Part shown: piece after piece, positions 58,310 through 64,000 of the stretch | How the letters are laid out: every line of letters begins with the position of its first letter | Numbering within the stretch: the first letter of the stretch is position 1 | Source: an uncultured marine group I thaumarchaeote | GTDB lineage: Archaea; Thermoproteota; Nitrososphaeria; Nitrososphaerales; Nitrosopumilaceae | NCBI GenBank assembly: GCA_902552015.1 | Contig: CACDFH010000003.1 | Span: 3,269 to 67,268, forward strand | DNA length: 64,000 nt | Direction of reading: 5' to 3' | Notes under the pieces: generated by a model | What the model was told of the DNA's origin: nothing | What the model saw: the letters and a program-made list of their open reading frames with translations, nothing else | The model's database searches: none | Program-made: the position numbers and the translations under genes

Positions 58310-58696
58310 ATGGACAGTGGATCTGTATCAAAATCTCAAGTAATTTTAGAAATAAATGGTAAAATCAAAATCAAATGTGAATTAAAACGACATCTTTCTC
58401 CTTCTTTAGTTGGTACGATTATCCGTTCATTGCCTGTAACTGGAACTATCCACATACTTGGCACAAGTGGCGTCTATGTTGAATCTCATATTGAATCTGG
58501 TGGAGAACGTACTAGAAACGAGTTCAAGAAAGGTGACATTGCTTTTCTATCGGTCGGACATGCATTTTGTTTTTTCCACAAAGATACCAAGGTTGGAAAA
58601 GATCTAACTCCGATAGGAAAAATTATTGATGGTGTAGATGAGTTACTAAAGGCTAATTCTGGTGATGAAGTGTCTATCTATTGTGATGCAGGCTGA
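58310..58696 (+). CDS. cyclophilin-like fold protein (DUF369/TM1367-like)
   Basis: LSP.LV...LP, KGDIAF, FCFF, PIGK. Confidence 0.7.
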   Translation: MDSGSVSKSQVILEINGKIKIKCELKRHLSPSLVGTIIRSLPVTGTIHILGTSGVYVESHIESGGERTRNEFKKGDIAFLSVGHAFCFFHKDTKVGKDLTPIGKIIDGVDELLKANSGDEVSIYCDAG

Positions 58697-58977
58697 TAGA
58701 TGTAATGGCCACTAAATCCGCCAACTTTCTTTACAGCGCCTTCTGCTAATGCTTTTTTAAGAAATGCATTTGCAGTTGAAATTTTTACATTTGCTTGTCT
58801 TGCTAAATCTTGAATTGTAATTGCTTTAGATGATTTAATTATTTTATTTGCTTCGTCTTCGTTGATAAATACGGCAACTTCTTTTTTCTCAGTATGATCT
58901 TTTTTGTCTTTTTTTGCCTTATCTTTTCCACCTTGTGATTTTTCACTTGATGAGACGGATTTGTTCTTACTACCCAT
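58678..58977 (-). CDS. rps25e: 30S ribosomal protein eS25
   Basis: Basic N-terminus plus winged helix (KAITIQDLARQANVKISTA...GHYIY). Confidence 0.75.
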   Translation of the reverse strand: MGSKNKSVSSSEKSQGGKDKAKKDKKDHTEKKEVAVFINEDEANKIIKSSKAITIQDLARQANVKISTANAFLKKALAEGAVKKVGGFSGHYIYQPASQ

Positions 58978-59057
58978 AAATTTCCATCCATGATTCCTAT
59001 TTATAAACGAACAAAAATTTTCTTTGTTTCAACTTTATTAACCGTTGAATTCTTGTA

Positions 59058-59276
59058 ATGACAATGGGCATTGTTTCAAAAGGTTCTCCATGTAATGTCG
59101 AAGGCTGTGATGGAACCGCTGTACGTTCTCTTAATACAAAAAAAGTCGAAGATGCAGGATTTCGTTTAGATTCTTCTGGCAAGAAATCTGGATTGTGTAA
59201 AAAATGTTACAAAGAATGGAAAAAGGCAACAAAAGAAGACCGTTCTCTAGAACGTGCAAGATATGATAGAGGATAA
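59058..59276 (+). CDS. small basic Zn-binding hypothetical protein
   Basis: CNVEGC...LCKKC; start may be 59064. Confidence 0.72.
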   Translation: MTMGIVSKGSPCNVEGCDGTAVRSLNTKKVEDAGFRLDSSGKKSGLCKKCYKEWKKATKEDRSLERARYDRG

Positions 59277-59591
59277 TTAAGGTCTACAATCTGTTAATGT
59301 GTATAGTTTTTGTTTAATCTGCTCTAATTCATTTTCATCATCAGTTTCCATTGCCGCCTCTTTCAGAGTCAGTAACATGTTCGTATTGAATGAATTTAGT
59401 GCAACTGAGCTTCCACCCGCAAGATTTTGTTCAATGCATGTCTCTATTTCTTGCAAAATTGAATTATTTTTTTGAACTTCCATGGTGATAGGACTTTCGA
59501 TTGTGATGTTAGTTTGACTGAAAAAATATGCCGAAGATGAAAATCCAATTACTGCCACTGCTATCACTACAATTGGAAATATTTTTCCCAT
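59277..59591 (-). CDS. hypothetical membrane-anchored protein
   Basis: N-terminal hydrophobic helix, two Cys. Confidence 0.65.
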   Translation of the reverse strand: MGKIFPIVVIAVAVIGFSSSAYFFSQTNITIESPITMEVQKNNSILQEIETCIEQNLAGGSSVALNSFNTNMLLTLKEAAMETDDENELEQIKQKLYTLTDCRP

Positions 59592-59670
59592 GAAATATTT
59601 GAAAAATAAGCACTTTTAATTTTTTACATATACCGAATCATTTAATTGAAAAAGATTTTTTTTATCAGTT

Positions 59671-59751
59671 ATGGCTAAAAGAAAAGACGGAAAACATGCT
59701 CGATTTGCAGATCAAAAAGCTGCACGAAGAAAGGCAAATAAAAAATCTTAA
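59671..59751 (+). CDS. putative 26-aa basic peptide MAKRKDGKHARFADQKAARRKANKKS
   Basis: Hand-translated; TTTAAT TATA-like element ~30 nt upstream. Confidence 0.5.
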   Translation: MAKRKDGKHARFADQKAARRKANKKS

Positions 59752-60854
59752 TCCAGGTTTATGTCTGATTTTTTCAAAATATCGGCAAATTTGTCTGGAA
59801 CTTTGTTTGCAGAATCCTGCAAAGTCTTGTAATATTTGTCCAAGTTTTTGTAAATTCTTTTTTGTTCTCTTGACTGTTCATTTGATAACGCATAGAGTGC
59901 TAACAAAGGAAATGCAATGGTAGAGTCAGTATACACTGTAATCAAATCTTCATGCGAATCTTGTACTTTGCCCCAACTTTTTCCTTCTTGTAATGTTGCA
60001 CCCGATAATCCTCCTGTATCTGGTCGTGCATCTGTAATTTGAATAATGTAATCTTGTCCTCCGTGATCTTTTCTTAAAATTTGATCTAACAGTGGACCTG
60101 TTTGCTGTGCAGTGTTCTTTGGAACACCTCCTCCAAGTTCTAAAATTCCTGACTTTTCTGAATTATAAACAATAGCTGCTTGTTCAATAATCTCTCTAAC
60201 AAAATCTAAATTGAATGGCTTGTTTTTCAATCTGTGTACTGCCAAATTCATTGCAAGAGATGAATCTTTGAGTGTGGATACGTATACTGGAACATCTAGT
60301 TCATATGCAGTTGTAAGAAAACTCTTTTCTGGAAATTTTGATTTTTCTTTACTAATTTTTCCTAAAACATTACAAAATTCTGCAGTAGTGAAAGATTTTT
60401 CTGAAAATTCATCTTTGAACATTTTTTGAATTATATTATCTTCTAATTCTAATGTCTCGTAAAATTTCACATACACATCTCTAATTCTAACAATTTCTTT
60501 TTCATACAGTATGTTGTCATCAACTTCAAAATGACCTTGTTTTACAGGTAATCCCCATGCAAAATGATCCTCGTGGTAAACATTAGCACCTGTTGTAACA
60601 ATCCAATCCACAAATCCTTTTTCTAAAAGTGTCTTGATAATGCCTCCAAATCCTACCGGTGTCATTGCACCTGCCACCGTTAAGCAGATGGTTGCGTTTT
60701 CATGTATCATTTTTTGATATAATTTTGCAGCTTCTCCTAGTTGTCTTGCATTAAATCCTGAATTTGCATAAATTTCAATTAATTCTTTTACTGTTGTATT
60801 AGAATCAAGTTTAATGTGAGGTATGTCTTTTCCGTCAAAGTGATGATGATTCAC
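59748..60854 (-). CDS. deoxyhypusine synthase-like / homospermidine synthase (SpeY-like)
   Basis: TTGANVYHE, GGGVPKN, GGLSGATLQEGKSWGK, DSTIAFPL. Confidence 0.88.
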   Translation of the reverse strand: MNHHHFDGKDIPHIKLDSNTTVKELIEIYANSGFNARQLGEAAKLYQKMIHENATICLTVAGAMTPVGFGGIIKTLLEKGFVDWIVTTGANVYHEDHFAWGLPVKQGHFEVDDNILYEKEIVRIRDVYVKFYETLELEDNIIQKMFKDEFSEKSFTTAEFCNVLGKISKEKSKFPEKSFLTTAYELDVPVYVSTLKDSSLAMNLAVHRLKNKPFNLDFVREIIEQAAIVYNSEKSGILELGGGVPKNTAQQTGPLLDQILRKDHGGQDYIIQITDARPDTGGLSGATLQEGKSWGKVQDSHEDLITVYTDSTIAFPLLALYALSNEQSREQKRIYKNLDKYYKTLQDSANKVPDKFADILKKSDINLD

Positions 60855-60886
60855 ACAAAAATTTGTAATATAACTAAAATAAGCTT

Positions 60887-61288
60887 TTAGGATCTGAGGT
60901 TTCGTGAACCATCTTCATGGTCTGATTCACCAACGTGTTCTTTTACCATCTTTGTCACATTATCAATTACATCACATAGATGTACATCAACTTCGGTACT
61001 GAACATTAGTAATCCGTCCTTTCCACATGCCATGGTTATTCTGTTTACTTTTTCATATCTGGTCATGGCAAATTCAGGCTCGCCTATTTCTGCTGAAAAT
61101 TGTTTTCTTGTTTTCCATCGCATAATTGCTTGGGTCATAGATTTTTTTGTTTGATCCTTATCAAAATGTCTGGCAGTACCATTTTGCATTTTCTCATAAA
61201 CATCTCCGCTAAAAGAATTGTAGACTCCTACGTAACGGATCTTATCGTTTGAATCTAACAATGCATTACAAAGTTTAGCATAGTCCAT
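60887..61288 (-). CDS. DUF6659-like protein
   Basis: LC..LL...KIRYVGV, IGEP.FAMTRYEKV.RIT, STE; paralog of 5603. Confidence 0.65.
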   Translation of the reverse strand: MDYAKLCNALLDSNDKIRYVGVYNSFSGDVYEKMQNGTARHFDKDQTKKSMTQAIMRWKTRKQFSAEIGEPEFAMTRYEKVNRITMACGKDGLLMFSTEVDVHLCDVIDNVTKMVKEHVGESDHEDGSRNLRS

Positions 61289-61362
61289 AACAAAAGAGTT
61301 TCACAACTAAATGTGTTATAAGCTTTTCATTTGTTTTAATACGTTAAACTGTAATTCAAAAT

Positions 61363-61710
61363 ATGAAATTTGTTGATGTGCCTGACTCAAATAGAATTGA
61401 GAGTGGCCCTGATAATAGAACGGTGATCTTTTCTGATGGAAAAATAACGCAAGATGGTGTTGAAATTAAGAAAATTGAATTATTAGAATATAAAATTAAA
61501 GCAGACCAAAATTTAGGTCAATATTCAATCATTACTGCATTAGTTGATACGGATCAAGGCCTAATAGAAATTCTTTATGATGAAGGGTATAGGGGTGATG
61601 ATGCATTAACTGATTCTGCAAACATGCTTGTACAAAATCTAGGCTTGTCAGGATTGATACTTCGAAGCTTAATTTCATTAAAAAATAAACTGGGAAAAAT
61701 TGAAGAGTAA
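61363..61710 (+). CDS. hypothetical protein
   Basis: ATG ORF from track. Confidence 0.72.
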   Translation: MKFVDVPDSNRIESGPDNRTVIFSDGKITQDGVEIKKIELLEYKIKADQNLGQYSIITALVDTDQGLIEILYDEGYRGDDALTDSANMLVQNLGLSGLILRSLISLKNKLGKIEE

Positions 61711-61852
61711 AAACTATCATTACAAATTATCTGATGATGATAAAAAACCAAAATGTGCATTGTGTGAGAGTGAATGTGCATACTATTGTAACATGAATGA
61801 TCTCTATTACTGTGAAAAACATGTGATAGGGCACGATGAAAATGAATCTTGA
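61700..61852 (+). CDS. putative small B-box/AN1-like Zn-finger protein
   Basis: Hand-translated ...KPKCALCESECAYYCNMNDLYYCEKHVIGH; start (TTG 61700) uncertain. Confidence 0.55.
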   Translation: MKSKNYHYKLSDDDKKPKCALCESECAYYCNMNDLYYCEKHVIGHDENES

Positions 61853-61885
61853 TTGTTTAATACATAGTGGTTTTACCTCTTAACG

Positions 61886-62134
61886 TTGGACGACAATTTT
61901 AGGAACGAGTGTATCGATAAGATTGCACTCAAAATATCTGAAGAAAAGATTTCAACAGATGAACCTTCACCTGAAACTCTAGTGTATTTGCAAAAATATG
62001 CAATTACTTTGGGTGTAGATATCTCAAATACTGAAGAAGTAGTCAATGAAGCATTTTTGTATATTGCAATGAAAAATGCAAAAGATATTGATCCTTTAAC
62101 TAAAGGTGATGAGTTTGGTGCAGGATTCAGTTAA
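61886..62134 (+). CDS. hypothetical protein
   Basis: TTG ORF after TTTAATA TATA; ends GDEFGAGFS. Confidence 0.7.
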   Translation: MDDNFRNECIDKIALKISEEKISTDEPSPETLVYLQKYAITLGVDISNTEEVVNEAFLYIAMKNAKDIDPLTKGDEFGAGFS

Positions 62135-62256
62135 CTGTTTAATGATTTGAATTTTTTTATTGCTTCTTTTGCTATCTCTTCTGCACTTTTTTCATTAAAT
62201 TTTGTAGGGTCATCATTGGCAAAATGCTCATGATCTTTGTCTTTCTTTTCTTTCAT
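62131..62256 (-). CDS. putative 41-aa protein MKEKKDKDHEHFANDDPTKF...
   Basis: Hand-translated ATG..TAA ORF, TATA-like element upstream. Confidence 0.5.
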   Translation of the reverse strand: MKEKKDKDHEHFANDDPTKFNEKSAEEIAKEAIKKFKSLNS

Positions 62257-62310
62257 GATATGGTATATCCTCTAAGTAAATTATAAGTTGTGGCAAACAT
62301 TCCAGTCATT

Positions 62311-64000
62311 ATGCGAATACTACAACTTCATTGTGATAATATCTCGTATGAAGCAACAAAAAAAGAGATAAAATCTGCTGAAGATATTGAACCTAAACCT
62401 GTTTCAATTGATGAAGTTGTAGTCTGTTTTGTTGCCGTAGAAAACGGTGATGACAATGATGTGGGGCTGGATGCAATCTCTCAAATTAAAGAATCAATGC
62501 AAAAAATTGGATGTAAAAAATTATTGTTATATCCTTATGCTCACTTGAGTTCTGACTTGGCCGCTCCTTCTACTGCATTATCTATTTTGAAACTAATGGA
62601 ATCTGAATCTCAAGACTTGGAAGTTAGTCGCGCCCCATTTGGTTGGACTAAATCATATAATGTCAAAGTAAAAGGTCATCCGTTAGCTGAAAGTTCCAAA
62701 GTGATTACAGCTGGTGATAAAAAAGAAAAAACTTCTACTGCATTGGAATCTGAATCAAAAATCAAATCTTATTGGTTTATTTTATCTCCCGACGGTTCTA
62801 TGACTGAATTTGACAAGTTTAATTTCTCTAAACATAAAAAATTAGAAAAACTTGCAAAATATGAATCTGATAAAAACCGAAATGTTGACGAACCTCCTCC
62901 ACATGTCGCTTTAATGAAAAAACTTGCAATTGCTGATTATGAATCCGCATCTGATCATGGAAATATGAGATTTTTTCCAAACGGTCGTTTGATAAAATCT
63001 CTCTTAGAACAGTATGTGACAAATAAGGTAAAAGACTATGGGGGCTATGAGGTAGAGACTCCAATCATGTATGACTCACATCATCCTAGCATGGAGAGTT
63101 ATTTTAACAGATTTCCTGCAAGGCAATACAACATTGATGCAGATGGAAAACAACTATTCTTAAGATTTGCAGCCTGCTTTGGACAATTTTTGATAGCACA
63201 TGACATGCAAATATCTTACAAAAATTTACCATACAGACTCTATGAAATGACTCGATATAGCTTTAGACGTGAACAGTCTGGAGAATTGGTAGGTCTTAGA
63301 AGACTAAGAGCATTCACAATGCCTGACTGTCATGCATTTTGTAAAGACATTCCACAAGCTATAGAGGAGTTTAGAACTCGTTTTGATTTGTCTAGAGATG
63401 TTTTGAAAAATGTTGGAATTGAAAATGATGATTATGAAATGGCTATAAGATTTACAGAAGATTTCTACAATGAAAATAAAGAACTAATCACAGAAATTGT
63501 CAAAAAATTAGATAAACCTGTACTTGTTGAAATGTGGAAAGAACGATTCTTTTACTTTGTTTTAAAATGGGAATTCAACTATATTGATAATTTAGGAAAA
63601 GCTTCTGCACTATCTACTGATCAAATTGATGTTGAAAATGGAAATAGGTATGGAATTGAATTTGTTGATGAAAATAATAAGACAATCAATCCTATCATTT
63701 TGCATAATTCTCCAAGTGGCGCAATTGAGCGTGTGATATACGCTCTACTTGAAAAATGTGCTAAAGACGCAAAGGAAGGTCGAAAACCAATGTTTCCTCT
63801 TTGGCTTGCACCCACACAAGTTCGTATAATTCCGTTGAAAGATGAGTTTATGGAATTTTCACAAAATCTATTTGATAAATTAACTGAAAAAAATATTCGT
63901 GTTGACATTGATGATAGAAATGAATCGATTGGAAAGAGAATACGTGAATCTGAAAAGGAATGGATTCGTTATGTACTTGTAATTGGAGACAAAGAGGTTA
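62311..64000 (+). CDS. thrS: archaeal threonyl-tRNA synthetase, 3'-truncated by window edge
   Basis: MRILQLH...YPYAHLSS, APFGW.K (archaeal editing domain), LRFAACFGQF, FRREQSGE, ILHNSPSGAIER. Confidence 0.96.
   Translation, partial: MRILQLHCDNISYEATKKEIKSAEDIEPKPVSIDEVVVCFVAVENGDDNDVGLDAISQIKESMQKIGCKKLLLYPYAHLSSDLAAPSTALSILKLMESESQDLEVSRAPFGWTKSYNVKVKGHPLAESSKVITAGDKKEKTSTALESESKIKSYWFILSPDGSMTEFDKFNFSKHKKLEKLAKYESDKNRNVDEPPPHVALMKKLAIADYESASDHGNMRFFPNGRLIKSLLEQYVTNKVKDYGGYEVETPIMYDSHHPSMESYFNRFPARQYNIDADGKQLFLRFAACFGQFLIAHDMQISYKNLPYRLYEMTRYSFRREQSGELVGLRRLRAFTMPDCHAFCKDIPQAIEEFRTRFDLSRDVLKNVGIENDDYEMAIRFTEDFYNENKELITEIVKKLDKPVLVEMWKERFFYFVLKWEFNYIDNLGKASALSTDQIDVENGNRYGIEFVDENNKTINPIILHNSPSGAIERVIYALLEKCAKDAKEGRKPMFPLWLAPTQVRIIPLKDEFMEFSQNLFDKLTEKNIRVDIDDRNESIGKRIRESEKEWIRYVLVIGDKEV

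Noticed and set aside
1026-63908. Numerous 60-175 aa antisense ORFs inside leuB, aspS, SDR, lig, thyX, acs, cysS, metG, thrS and others
   Set aside because: They lie opposite well-supported genes, with Ser/Phe/Ile-rich antisense composition and no motifs

Overview
AT-rich, gene-dense core-genome segment of a marine ammonia-oxidising archaeon (Nitrososphaerota/Thaumarchaeota, Nitrosopumilaceae; Nitrosopelagicus/Nitrosopumilus-like). The assignment rests on archaeal EF-1a, uS10, eS25, Rpo12/Rpo6, archaeal ThrRS, FEN1, CdvA, DnaJ-ferredoxin, FBP aldolase/phosphatase, parvulin and DUF6659-like proteins. The window holds leuA/leuB, five aminoacyl-tRNA synthetases, DNA ligase, EndA, an intron-containing tRNA-Ser(CGA), central-carbon genes and many small Zn-binding proteins. 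I found no CRISPR array, transposase, integrase or rRNA. The most interesting items are: (1) a two-domain SDR resembling the aldehyde-forming half of Chloroflexus malonyl-CoA reductase, co-transcribed with a degenerate MaoC hot-dog gene, a candidate for the unassigned malonyl-CoA reductase step of the thaumarchaeal 3HP/4HB cycle; (2) a histone-H1-like KRKAAP repeat protein bracketed by inverted repeats, plus an unannotated 38-aa peptide sharing its N-terminal motif; (3) several candidate structured ncRNAs; (4) about ten micro-ORFs below the ORF-track cutoff; (5) a recurrent MGLFxKK N-terminal tag. All family calls come from motif recognition; no database searches were run.
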